The translations under genes were made by a program, and so were the position numbers. From NCBI GenBank assembly GCA_028703495.1, contig JAQVMT010000002.1, forward strand, positions 85,177 through 149,176: a DNA stretch of 64,000 bases. Reading direction: 5' to 3'. Shown in pieces: positions 26,625 to 36,112 of this stretch. Numbering within the stretch: the first letter of the stretch is position 1; each line of letters begins with the position of its first letter. Under the pieces are notes generated by a model. It saw only the letters and a list, made by a program, of their open reading frames with translations, was not told the origin of the DNA and searched no databases. The DNA is from Clostridia bacterium (GTDB lineage Bacteria > Bacillota > Clostridia > Christensenellales > CAG-314).

Positions 26625-27323
26625 TCAAAAAACTCTGAACAATCCGATGACAACGCCCAAAATTGAAATTTCTTGGCTTTTGTCGATAATAATATCCGAA
26701 TACGCAGGATTTTCAGGGTGGAGGACAATGCGTTTGCTTTCCTTGATAAATCGTTTAACTGTTACTTCGCTACCTTCGATAAGAGCAACAACGATGTCGT
26801 TATTTTCGGGCGATGGATTGATTCTGACAACTATACGATCACCGTTATTAATACCCGCCATAATCATGCTGTCACCCTGTACGTTCAGCATAAAGATGTC
26901 CTTTTCGCCGAACATTTCACTGGGCAGTTCCACATAATCCTCAACGTTTTCTACCGCGAGGATAGGCAAACCTGCGCTGACCCTACCTAAAACAGGGATT
27001 TTACTCATTCCATAGCGATATGAATTGCCCTTTATCTTATATGAACGATTCTTAGACGGCATTTTTTCGAGGTATCCCATCTCGATTAACTCGTTTATGT
27101 AATTAAAAGCGGTAGCGGTGGAAGATAAACTCAGTTCCGAACAGATGTCGCGAACAGAAGGCGGAACACCGTGCTCGCCTGTGTATTTGCAAAGATAGTC
27201 AAAAACAGCCATACGAATACGGTTTTTTGTCTCGGCGTCTTTGATTCGCGTAGACCGTTTATTAGTTTTTTCGATGCCGTTATCAATAGGTTCCCCGTTA
27301 ATATCTGCATTATAATTATACAT
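26625..27323 (-). CDS. lexA: LexA repressor (S24 peptidase) with an N-terminal extension of about 25 aa
   Basis: Winged-helix region VPPSVRDICSELSLSSTATAFNYINELIEMGYLEK, cleavage-site region VSAGLPILAVEN, catalytic GDSM and VKRF (Ser/Lys dyad). ATG 5 nt after GAGGTGG. Confidence 0.88.
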   Translation of the reverse strand: MYNYNADINGEPIDNGIEKTNKRSTRIKDAETKNRIRMAVFDYLCKYTGEHGVPPSVRDICSELSLSSTATAFNYINELIEMGYLEKMPSKNRSYKIKGNSYRYGMSKIPVLGRVSAGLPILAVENVEDYVELPSEMFGEKDIFMLNVQGDSMIMAGINNGDRIVVRINPSPENNDIVVALIEGSEVTVKRFIKESKRIVLHPENPAYSDIIIDKSQEISILGVVIGLFRVF

Positions 27324-27715
27324 AATACCACCTCATATTCTATAAAATAATCAACAACCAAAACTCGTGTTGAATTAGCTTTGCATGTATTGCAATTAGT
27401 ATATTTTTATAGTGTAAATGCTATTCCGCCGCAAGTAGTCGTCTATTAGGAGCTTTGTTCATTTTTCATTACAATTCGAGCATCATTTTCGATATTATAC
27501 TATATTTCAAAAACAATTGCAAGCGAAAAACGAATGTTTTTTCTTTTGTTTGCAATTATTTCGTTAAGTTGATTGCCAAAGAAAGTTCCGCAGTGGAAAT
27601 TGTTGTGGAAGTTACCTTGTCAGGTTATTGTAGTGGAGGTTGGTGGTGGAAGTCGGCAATGCAACAATTTATCATCTCGTATGGCTATAAATGGCTTCGG
27701 AATTTATAGGTTTAC

Positions 27716-28975
27716 TCAATTTTTCGGACAGTTTTTCATGAAAGCCTTATATTTCAATAAACTCTCATCGGTAATTTTACAGGTTACTAAAATACCGTCG
27801 TCCGTGTATCCCGAATTGAAGTCGATGGAGTTGCTTTTTAAGTCAAACAACAACTTTTGATTGTAATAAGGGAATAAAAAACTTCTTTCATGAAGTTCCC
27901 CAAATAGCTTATTGTCGATTATTTTGATTAAGCCATCGACATTAGTGCCGTACAGCGCGGATACAAAAAGTCCGTTTTTATCGGGTAGTCCGCCACTATC
28001 CTCATCAAGAAGGTCAATTTTATTGTAAACGGTTACAATCGGAGAGGTGGCATGCAACTCCGCGAGTGTGGAAAGAGTAACGTCGATTTCATCTTGACAT
28101 TTTGGCGATGAAATGTCGCAAACGTTTAGAATCAGCGTGCAGTTGACCGCCTCCTCGAGCGTGCTTCTAAAAGCGGCAATAAGCCCCGTCGGAATATCTC
28201 TGATAAATCCTACGGTATCTATAACCAACACTGTATTTCCACTGGGGAGCAATAAAGAGCGAACTGTTGGATCAAGCGTAGCAAACAATTTGTTTTCACT
28301 TAGTACGTCTGCTCCCGTTAATGTATTTAGCAACCTAGACTTTCCTGAATTTGTATATCCGACCAAAGCAACGGTTTTTACTTGGTTCTTTTCGCGCTTT
28401 TTACGCATATTCTCGCGGTGTTGCGTCAACAAATCTATTTGATCGTTTAAAAGCCGTATTCTGTTTCTGATATATCGCCTATCGGTTTCCAGCTTTGTTT
28501 CACCGGGTCCGCGCGTACCTATTCCGCCGCCTTGTCTGGATAATTCTTGATTGGAACCTGCCAAACGCGGAAGCAAATACCTAAGCTGAGCTAATTCTAC
28601 TTGCAGCTTACCTTCAGCGGTTTTGGCATGTAATGCGAAAATATCCAGGATAAGCGCAGTTCTATCTATTACTTTACATGGCAAAAACTTTTGAATATTT
28701 CCGATTTGCGATGGTGAAAGCTCGTTTTCGAATACAACAACATCGATGTCCATCATCTCGATATAACCTTTGATTTCTTCGAGTTTTCCCTTGCCCACGA
28801 CCGTAGCGTTGTCAATCCTATCTCTATTTTGTATAATCGATTCTACCGTAATGCCTTGTGCTGTTTCAATAAGTCCTTTCAACTCGTTTATTACGGAAAG
28901 ATCGTCATCGCTGTTCTTTGTTTTTGCCCAAACAATTAATACTCTTTGCAGTTTTTCTTCGTTGGATTCCAACAT
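27716..28975 (-). CDS. hflX: GTPase HflX
   Basis: HflX N-terminal domain (ELKGLIETAQ...LILDIFALHAKTAEGKLQVELAQL), G1 GYTNSGKS, DTVGF and NKID. Confidence 0.9.
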   Translation of the reverse strand: MLESNEEKLQRVLIVWAKTKNSDDDLSVINELKGLIETAQGITVESIIQNRDRIDNATVVGKGKLEEIKGYIEMMDIDVVVFENELSPSQIGNIQKFLPCKVIDRTALILDIFALHAKTAEGKLQVELAQLRYLLPRLAGSNQELSRQGGGIGTRGPGETKLETDRRYIRNRIRLLNDQIDLLTQHRENMRKKREKNQVKTVALVGYTNSGKSRLLNTLTGADVLSENKLFATLDPTVRSLLLPSGNTVLVIDTVGFIRDIPTGLIAAFRSTLEEAVNCTLILNVCDISSPKCQDEIDVTLSTLAELHATSPIVTVYNKIDLLDEDSGGLPDKNGLFVSALYGTNVDGLIKIIDNKLFGELHERSFLFPYYNQKLLFDLKSNSIDFNSGYTDDGILVTCKITDESLLKYKAFMKNCPKN

Positions 28976-29124
28976 ATATTCTCCTTTTAATGTATTTTAC
29001 TAAAAATGATGCATATAGCATACCCTTGATTCAAAAAATAATTCTTTCTGTTTTAACTATAACTAAATAGGTAACAACATATATTATGTGCCAGGTAACA
29101 CAATATCGGAATAATTAGCAGTGA

Positions 29125-30213
29125 TTAATCATCTTCGTTATCTTTTGTTCGATCCTTATGGCGTAAGGTTACTTTATCAGAGGCATTTTTGCGTATATTT
29201 TCGGTAATAGCAGCGTAGTGCCTTTTAGTAGTATTTACATCGCGATGCCCTAAAACGTCTGCAACAATATAGATATCGCCGGTCTCCCGATATAATTCAG
29301 TACCGTAAGTGCTACGTAACTTATGAGGTGTGATATTTTTAAGTGGCGCCACAAGTTTGCTGTATTTTTTGACCATCAGCTCAACAGAGCGGACTGAAAT
29401 ACGAGTTTTGGTCTTTGATACAAATAAAGCACGTTCATTGAGTGGAATCGTCTTGTCCTTTGTCCGCGAATCAAAGTAAGCTTTAAGCGTGTCGGCAACC
29501 TCTTCGGAAAAGAAAAGAATAACCCGATTGCCGCCCTTGCGAGTAACAACAAATGATTTATTCGCAAAATCAATGTCATCTAGATTCAATCCGACACACT
29601 CGCTGATTCGTATTCCGGTGCCCAAGAGCAGTGTAACAATGGCAGTATCCCTAAGCTTATTGATCGCGTGATAAGCAGCCTGATGTTTAGTCAGTCCATT
29701 TCCTGATTCTACAGTATCAATGAGTGAGGGAATTTCTTCATTCTGCAGCCTGATAATCTCCTTATCGTGAATCTTCGGAGTATCAACGTTTGCAGCAACA
29801 TTGGATTTAAGCTTCTCCTTGCGGAAAAAGTATCTAAACAGCGCACGGACACTGGAAAGCTTCCTGGCCTTTCCTCTTTCAGAGTTGGAAAACTCGGTTT
29901 TTATTCCGTCTTGAATCTTTACATAATAAGCAATGTAGTTCAAAAACTGCTCTATGTCAAAGGATGTAACGTTGTCGAGATTTCTTAAGGTAAATTTTTT
30001 TGGGGGAACTGACTTAAAGTTGGGAATCCTCTCGTTAAGAAATTCAAAAAACAATCTTAAATCGTACGCGTAATTCAATCTTGTAAGCAAAGTCGTACGA
30101 TTTTGAATTCCCACAAAGAACTCCTTGCAGAACTCGGGCAGATCATTATATATTACCTCATTTAATCTTTCTTGGTTTACAAAATCCCTTTCCACAAAAT
30201 AGTCGTTAGGCAT
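29125..30213 (-). CDS. Tyrosine recombinase / phage-integrase-family site-specific recombinase
   Basis: SAM-like N-terminal domain plus a catalytic domain with RDTAIVTLLLGTGIRISE (Arg I), HKLRSTY, LGHRDVNTTKRHY (His-x-x-Arg ... Tyr). Start at MPNDY after GGAGG. No other phage or ICE genes are adjacent. Confidence 0.8.
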   Translation of the reverse strand: MPNDYFVERDFVNQERLNEVIYNDLPEFCKEFFVGIQNRTTLLTRLNYAYDLRLFFEFLNERIPNFKSVPPKKFTLRNLDNVTSFDIEQFLNYIAYYVKIQDGIKTEFSNSERGKARKLSSVRALFRYFFRKEKLKSNVAANVDTPKIHDKEIIRLQNEEIPSLIDTVESGNGLTKHQAAYHAINKLRDTAIVTLLLGTGIRISECVGLNLDDIDFANKSFVVTRKGGNRVILFFSEEVADTLKAYFDSRTKDKTIPLNERALFVSKTKTRISVRSVELMVKKYSKLVAPLKNITPHKLRSTYGTELYRETGDIYIVADVLGHRDVNTTKRHYAAITENIRKNASDKVTLRHKDRTKDNEDD

Positions 30214-30248
30214 GTTATAACAACCTCCTTGAATCCGCAAATCCTTTA

Positions 30249-30277
30249 ATTATATCGACAAGAAAATCTATACGCAA
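30249..30277 (-). promoter_or_regulatory. Candidate promoter of the recombinase gene (TTGCGT-N17-TATAAT on the minus strand)
   Basis: Reverse complement reads TTGCGT (30277-30272), 17 nt, TATAAT (30254-30249). The -35 overlaps a degenerate copy of the TATTCGCAAAAC motif. Confidence 0.4.
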
Positions 30278-30644
30278 AATGACACTGTTCACGCATAAAC
30301 GATATATCATCTTGTTCTCATATTTCTGATCATTGAACAAATCCACAGCAGGCAATCAAAAGCAGCTTCAAGCATGCGCACGCTTGCTTATTAGAGTTAG
30401 ATTGAGGACTTAGTTACTATGTATTATATTATTATACTTGAAGATTGTAAAGAGAATCGAACACATTTTATAGATATATTCGCAAAACTCCCATATGTTT
30501 AAAAAAGGAACAAAGACCTTTAGATTTATTCAATATATTTATATCATCACAAGAACCATTTACACAATAAGTTTGTTCAAAGCGATAAATATCCTAAATT
30601 ATCGCAAGCGTGCAACACAATTATAAATTATGCAAAAACGCCTC

Positions 30645-30680
30645 TATTTATTCGCAAAACTTGTGTTTTGCGAATAAATA
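30645..30680. repeat. Perfect 16-bp inverted repeat with a 4-nt loop (TATTTATTCGCAAAAC ttgt GTTTTGCGAATAAATA)
   Basis: Read directly: arms 30645-30660 and 30665-30680. On the minus strand a T-run (GCGTTTTTGC) follows after about 6 nt, so it could also act as a second terminator downstream of thiI. Confidence 0.8.
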
Positions 30681-30842
30681 AATGTGTGTATTTTTATACT
30701 TCTCTTCTCTCCGTTGCTTTTACTGCTAAAACTTGCTGTGTTTTTATTGAATGAATACCAACCTATTTATGTTAATTTCAATAAGCTTTATGCTATGTGT
30801 TAAATTTGTATTATGGTATTTAGATACTACTTCTGCACCGAA

Positions 30843-30884
30843 TAAAAAACGGATACGTTTTATATGTTTTAAGAACGTATCCGT
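30843..30884 (-). terminator. Rho-independent terminator downstream of thiI
   Basis: Arms ACGGATACGTT (30849-30859) and AACGTATCCGT (30874-30884). On the minus strand the hairpin is followed by TTTTTTATT (complement of 30841-30848). Confidence 0.7.
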
Positions 30885-30979
30885 ATAAATCTTTAAATAT
30901 TATAAATGGTTTGCGTTAACAAAAAAGTTATCGAATTATGAGTTTTGCTAAGCTTAGCTGCTCCTGTGATTAATTTATG

Positions 30980-32146
30980 TCATATCGTAACCGTTTCCAA
31001 TGTCGCTAAGGCTCGTTCGATTAGGCCCTTGCAATCCAGCTTTTGCTCTTCTCTTTCTACTACCCATAGCTTAGGCTTTGTTGCGGGACTTTTCGGGAGG
31101 AACACAGTGCAGCAATCCTCGTATGGCAGAATCGAGGTATCGAATGTCTTGATTCGTTTAGCAACTTCGATTATTTCGTCTTTATCGTATGCTATTAATG
31201 GTCTTAGCACCGGTACTTGTGCTATTTCGTTGGTACAGGTAATGCTTTCTATTGTTTGGCTTGCAACCTGTCCAAGGCTTTCTCCCGTTATGATAGCCTT
31301 GCAGTCCTCTTTGTCCGCAATAATGTTTGCAATTTTCATCATGAACCGCCTGAGTAGTGTTATCATATAATCTTCATTGCATTTCTCGTGTATTTCGGTT
31401 TGTATTTCGGTAACGGATATTATGTCCACCGTTAGGTTGATGGTATATCTTTTAAGTATTTTAGCCAATTCAAGCACTTTCAACCTTGCATTTTGACTGG
31501 TATAGGGATAACTGTGGAAATGTAAAGCTCTTATACTCATTCCCCGTTTAGCTATCAAATAACAAGCAACAGGACTGTCTATTCCGCCGGAAAGTAAAAG
31601 TACGCCCTTACCCGATGTGCCGACCGGCATACCGTTGACTGCGCGAATAACGTTGCTGTAAACCAATGTATTGCCTGTTTCCCGAACATCGACGTAGAGT
31701 ATATGTTCGGGATTGTGCAGATTAACAGATAATTTGGCGTTTCGACTTAGAATCCTTCCGCCGATTTCCGCCGCGATTTGCATTGAATTTAATCCAAATT
31801 TCTTGTCGGCGCGGTTTGCGTTTACTCGGAAAGTGCCACTAATATCTTCCATAAGTAGATTTGCAATCTCGTCGATTGCATCAATGTCGGTTTTTACCGC
31901 GTAGCCTATGCTATATGAATAAACGCCGAACACACATCTGACACGCTCTGCAATCTCATCTTCTCGATTGTGGTCGTACTTACTTAATAAATATCTTCCG
32001 GACGTCTTTTGCAAACTGAAGGTGAAGCCTTCGAGTGCGCGTTTTATGTTGGTTACAAGCGCGTTTTCAAAGAAGCCTCTGTTGTTTCCCTTTAGGTGTA
32101 TTTCCGAATATCGAATAATAATAATTTTGTCTTTATTGCTTTCCAT
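30980..32146 (-). CDS. thiI: tRNA 4-thiouridine(8) synthase / sulfurtransferase ThiI
   Basis: N-terminal ferredoxin-like and THUMP region (IIIRYSEIHLKGNNR), and the PP-loop LLSGGIDSPVA. It is downstream of a cysteine desulfurase, like the Bacillus nifZ-thiI pair. Confidence 0.9.
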   Translation of the reverse strand: MESNKDKIIIIRYSEIHLKGNNRGFFENALVTNIKRALEGFTFSLQKTSGRYLLSKYDHNREDEIAERVRCVFGVYSYSIGYAVKTDIDAIDEIANLLMEDISGTFRVNANRADKKFGLNSMQIAAEIGGRILSRNAKLSVNLHNPEHILYVDVRETGNTLVYSNVIRAVNGMPVGTSGKGVLLLSGGIDSPVACYLIAKRGMSIRALHFHSYPYTSQNARLKVLELAKILKRYTINLTVDIISVTEIQTEIHEKCNEDYMITLLRRFMMKIANIIADKEDCKAIITGESLGQVASQTIESITCTNEIAQVPVLRPLIAYDKDEIIEVAKRIKTFDTSILPYEDCCTVFLPKSPATKPKLWVVEREEQKLDCKGLIERALATLETVTI

Positions 32147-32263
32147 TGTGTTATCCTTATAATTATTTATTTACAATGTCCGTTGCCTTTCGTGCTTAAT
32201 CGCTTATATAAGTAAGCTAGTAACTGTTTGGGAGGCGGCACTTTTCGGTTATATCCGTTGTTT

Positions 32264-33409
32264 TCAGCGGTTCTTGCCTTTCAATACTTTTTGAAGAGCG
32301 CAGACTTCCTGTCTTAGTGCCATTGTCAACACTGAAACATCTTCTGCGGTATTGAATTTGCAGAAGCTAATTCGCACAAGTCCCTCGATATAATCCTTTG
32401 GTACTCCTATTTCTGCAAGAACTCTGTCGAATTTATTCTTTGAATTACATGCCGAACCGATTCCGACGATGATTCCATATTTATCCTCAAGAATATGCTG
32501 CAGAATCTCAGATTTTATGTCGCGGAAAAGCAAGCTTAGTATCGAAGGGCACCCTTCTTTACAAAGGTTGATACAATCTACTCCCTCCAGCCCCGAAAGA
32601 ATAGTACTTTTATACCTCGCGAACTCCTTGGAGTTTCGTTCAAGATCGCTATAAGCCAATTCCGTAGCTATTCCCAGCCCCATAATAGAGGGCACGTTTT
32701 CCGTGCCTGACCGCAGATTCGCTTGCTGTCCGCCGCCGAAAATAATGGGATTTAGATTAACGCCATCTTTTACAAATAGCGCACCGCATCCCTTTCCACC
32801 GTGTATTTTATGCGCGCTTATCGAATATAAATCAACCTGGGATTTATCCAAGCGGCAATCGATTCTGCCGTATGCCTGCACGCCGTCGGAAAAGAACAAA
32901 GCGTTTTTATTAATTGCTTTCACCGCTTTAGATAACGCGTAAACATCGTTGATCGCACCGCTTTCATTGTTTACGTGCATAATAGCAACCAATTGCGTTT
33001 TGTCGTTAACCGCCTTTTCCAAGGACGTCTGCTCGATATGTCCATCGCCTTCGACATCAACGTATCTGATATCGAAGCCCTTGCTTTTTAAGGAGTTAAT
33101 TGTGTTAAATACCGCGGGATGCTCAACCCTTGAGGTTACTATGTTTAACGTAGTATTGTTTTTGATACTACCTAAAATGGCTAAATTATCGGATTCCGTG
33201 CCTCCCGAAGTAAAAATTATGTTTCCATGAGCACCTAGTCGGTTCAAAACCTGATCTTTTACAGTTCTAATGCTTTGAGCCACCTCTATGGATCGCGATG
33301 TGTTTGATGAGGGATTGAAATACCGTTCGCAGTTATATTCCGCGATAGCCTCCATGACTTTTTGATCGGTTACTGTTGTTGCGGAATTATCAAAATAAAG
33401 AGTTTTCAT
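32264..33409 (-). CDS. iscS: Cysteine desulfurase, NifS/IscS (NifZ-like) class V PLP enzyme
   Basis: LYFDNSATT, PLP lysine in SISAHKIHGGKG, SGTENVP, and the active-site region GSACNS. It is paired with thiI. Confidence 0.85.
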   Translation of the reverse strand: MKTLYFDNSATTVTDQKVMEAIAEYNCERYFNPSSNTSRSIEVAQSIRTVKDQVLNRLGAHGNIIFTSGGTESDNLAILGSIKNNTTLNIVTSRVEHPAVFNTINSLKSKGFDIRYVDVEGDGHIEQTSLEKAVNDKTQLVAIMHVNNESGAINDVYALSKAVKAINKNALFFSDGVQAYGRIDCRLDKSQVDLYSISAHKIHGGKGCGALFVKDGVNLNPIIFGGGQQANLRSGTENVPSIMGLGIATELAYSDLERNSKEFARYKSTILSGLEGVDCINLCKEGCPSILSLLFRDIKSEILQHILEDKYGIIVGIGSACNSKNKFDRVLAEIGVPKDYIEGLVRISFCKFNTAEDVSVLTMALRQEVCALQKVLKGKNR

Positions 33410-33539
33410 TTCTTGCCTTTATGAGGTTTCTTTATTGTAGTTATACCTATTCGCATCTAATATACACTATTATTAGCTTTATAGCTTTACTACTTTCGTG
33501 TTATTTTATGGTTACCGGCAATAAAACCGGATTGGATTA

Positions 33540-35924
33540 TTAGTTTTCAGGATCTTTTAATGTAAGTATAGTAACGCCCGATTCGCCTTCTCCGTACACT
33601 CCCAATCGGAAGTCTTTTATGTTGCGGTTCTGTTTAAAATAAGAGTGAAGTCCTTTTCGGAGCGCGCCCGTTCCCATTCCGTGAATTACGCGCACCGACT
33701 CATAATTAGCCATAACTGCATTATCGATAAATGGTTCGACTTCAGCGATAGCCTGTTGTACCGTCAAGCCTAAAACGTTAATTTCGTACGGAACGATCTC
33801 CTTTTTAAGTCCAACCTTCAAAGTGGCTTTGGGTGCGATATCCTGTTTTTTGCCTCCATAATACTCATAAAGCTCATCTAGATTTACTGTCGTTCGCATT
33901 TTACCGACTCTGATGTTGACTTTGTTGGATTTTCCCAAGCCTTCGATGACAGCAACGGCATTAAGCTTTTTATAGAACACGTTATCACCCACATTCAAAC
34001 TTTCGGCTTTAACCTGATTTCCGTGAATAACCTCGTTTTCGACTGCTTGAGTTTCCTTTTCGACTTCTAATTTCATTTCGCCGATTTGCTTGACCAAAGA
34101 CCTTGCTTTAAATAGTTGCTTCTCCTCTATTTGAGAGTTATTTATCATGTCTCTAATTTGGTCGACGAGCTCTTTAGCTTGCAATTGAGCATCGTTAATA
34201 ATTCGTTTAGCTTCGATTTTACTGTTTTTGAGCAGTTGATCTCGCTGATCGCTAAGCTTTTTGTTTTGATCCTTGGACTTTTCCAATTCGATAGTTAGAT
34301 TTGTCTTGATGTCGTCAATCTCAACCTTGGCACGTTCAAACTTCTGTCTTATGACCTCTGCCTCTTGCAAAGCCTTATTGAAGGAAAGCTTTTCTTTGCT
34401 AATCTTGCCGCGTGCGCTCTCGACTATCTCCTCTCGAAGTCCCAAACGTTTGGCTATTTCGATTGCGTTTGAACTGCCGGGAACTCCCATCACTAGCTTA
34501 AACGTCGGCTCAAACGTGGTCGGATTGAACTCCATAGATGCATTTTCTATTCCCTTAGTAACCAAAGAATACTCATATAACCTGCTGTAATGCGTGGTAA
34601 TTATAGCTTTTGCACCGCTTTTCAAAATGTACTCTGTTATTGCAAGAGCCAATGCAGAGCCTTCATTGGGTTCGGTTCCTGCTCCCACTTCATCCAACAA
34701 TACCAAGGACTTATTTGTAACGCCTTCGCAGATTCTGCATATGTTTGAGATGTGACTGGAAAAGGTAGAAAGGTTTTGTTCGATACTCTGCTCGTCTCCG
34801 ATATCGATAAATACCCGATCGTAAAGCGATATTTCACTGTCGGAAGCGGGTAAAAACAAGCCGCATTCAACCATTAGCACGAACAATCCAACGGTTTTGA
34901 GAGAAACGGTTTTACCTCCCGTATTCGGGCCAGTGATTAATAGAACATTGAATTTTCCACCGAACTTGACGCTTACGGGAACCACTTTATTCTTGTCGAT
35001 CAACGGGTGTCGTGCGTTGTTAAGCTCGGTATAGCCGTTTGTGTTGATCTGCGGGCAAAGCGATTTGGTTGTACAAGCGTACTTTGCCTTAGAAAAAATG
35101 CAGTCCAATTCAGTGATAATTTGCTCGTTAATGCTCAATCTACCGGCAAAACCTGATATTTGCTCCGTAAAATTATATAATATCCTCTCTATTTCTTCCT
35201 TTTCTTCTACGTATAAGGTTTTCAGCTTATTATTAAGCTCGACGATAGCCATCGGCTCGATAAAAAGAGTTTGTCCTGACGAGGATTGGTCGTGTACAAT
35301 TCCGCTGATACTAGACTTATACTCCAGCTTAACAGGCAATACATATCTTCCCTCACGCATTGTAATAATCGAATCCTGAAGATATTTATGCGTGTCCTGC
35401 GAACGCAGATAGCTTTGCATTTTGCTCTTAATATCGTCATTGACCTTTCTTATTGCAGTTCTGATTTTGTAAAGCTCGTCCGAAGCTCTATCATTCATTT
35501 GATCCTCGGAAATAATACAAAACTCAATATCATCGGCAACTCCGTTATTTGCATAAATTTGTGTGTAAAGTTGAGGAATTAAAAAAATGCTTTCATCTAC
35601 GATTTTATTGAAATCCATATAAATGCACGCAGATAGTCTAAGAAAACGCTTTACGCACAGTAGCTCTTTCATTGACAATGTGGATAAAACCTTTGCCTTT
35701 GCGGCAATTTCCTCCACGCTGTCGAAATTAAACGATGGAGAGATAGAGTAGAAGTCTAAATACTTTACCGCTTCCTTTGTTAATCCCATTAAATATTCCA
35801 CCTGATCAAAGTCGGTTGTCGGGACGGTTTTGAGGACTGCGTCCTTTCCCGTCATACTATGCGCAAATTCGGCAACACGCTCTAATACCTTGTCTAATTC
35901 CAATTTTCTAATTAATCTTTCCAT
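33540..35924 (-). CDS. mutS2: Endonuclease MutS2 (MutS domain plus C-terminal Smr)
   Basis: Walker A ITGPNTGGKT, DEVGAGTEP, a long coiled-coil, and the C-terminal Smr (VRVIHGMGTGALRKGL). Confidence 0.92.
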   Translation of the reverse strand: MERLIRKLELDKVLERVAEFAHSMTGKDAVLKTVPTTDFDQVEYLMGLTKEAVKYLDFYSISPSFNFDSVEEIAAKAKVLSTLSMKELLCVKRFLRLSACIYMDFNKIVDESIFLIPQLYTQIYANNGVADDIEFCIISEDQMNDRASDELYKIRTAIRKVNDDIKSKMQSYLRSQDTHKYLQDSIITMREGRYVLPVKLEYKSSISGIVHDQSSSGQTLFIEPMAIVELNNKLKTLYVEEKEEIERILYNFTEQISGFAGRLSINEQIITELDCIFSKAKYACTTKSLCPQINTNGYTELNNARHPLIDKNKVVPVSVKFGGKFNVLLITGPNTGGKTVSLKTVGLFVLMVECGLFLPASDSEISLYDRVFIDIGDEQSIEQNLSTFSSHISNICRICEGVTNKSLVLLDEVGAGTEPNEGSALALAITEYILKSGAKAIITTHYSRLYEYSLVTKGIENASMEFNPTTFEPTFKLVMGVPGSSNAIEIAKRLGLREEIVESARGKISKEKLSFNKALQEAEVIRQKFERAKVEIDDIKTNLTIELEKSKDQNKKLSDQRDQLLKNSKIEAKRIINDAQLQAKELVDQIRDMINNSQIEEKQLFKARSLVKQIGEMKLEVEKETQAVENEVIHGNQVKAESLNVGDNVFYKKLNAVAVIEGLGKSNKVNIRVGKMRTTVNLDELYEYYGGKKQDIAPKATLKVGLKKEIVPYEINVLGLTVQQAIAEVEPFIDNAVMANYESVRVIHGMGTGALRKGLHSYFKQNRNIKDFRLGVYGEGESGVTILTLKDPEN

Positions 35925-36112
35925 TTCGCCTCCGAAATTTTTTCATAAGCAAACCGCCTTTAAATGTCGGTACTACCGAATATAAATCACTGTAACAAAA
36001 GTAGCCGATCTACTCGATAGAAATGACTTTCTTTCTTGCATCAACCTAATAGAGCAAGACTATCCGCAACTCGGATCGTTCATATGCGTCGGTGCATGAC
36101 TCAAAGTTAAAG

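Noticed and set aside
27455-27860. ORFs of 84 aa and 95 aa in the lexA-hflX intergenic region and overlapping the hflX 3' end
   Set aside because: No RBS, a Trp/Gly-rich translation produced by the G/T-rich tract, and overlap with hflX. Spurious.
30600-30800. dif-like Xer core sites (TTATGCAAAAA at about 30628; TTATGTTAATT at about 30767) near the recombinase
   Set aside because: Only the XerD-arm-like half resembles dif (TTATGTAAACT / TTATGTTAAAT). The corresponding XerC-side arms show no dyad symmetry or ATAA ending, so I did not call a dif site.
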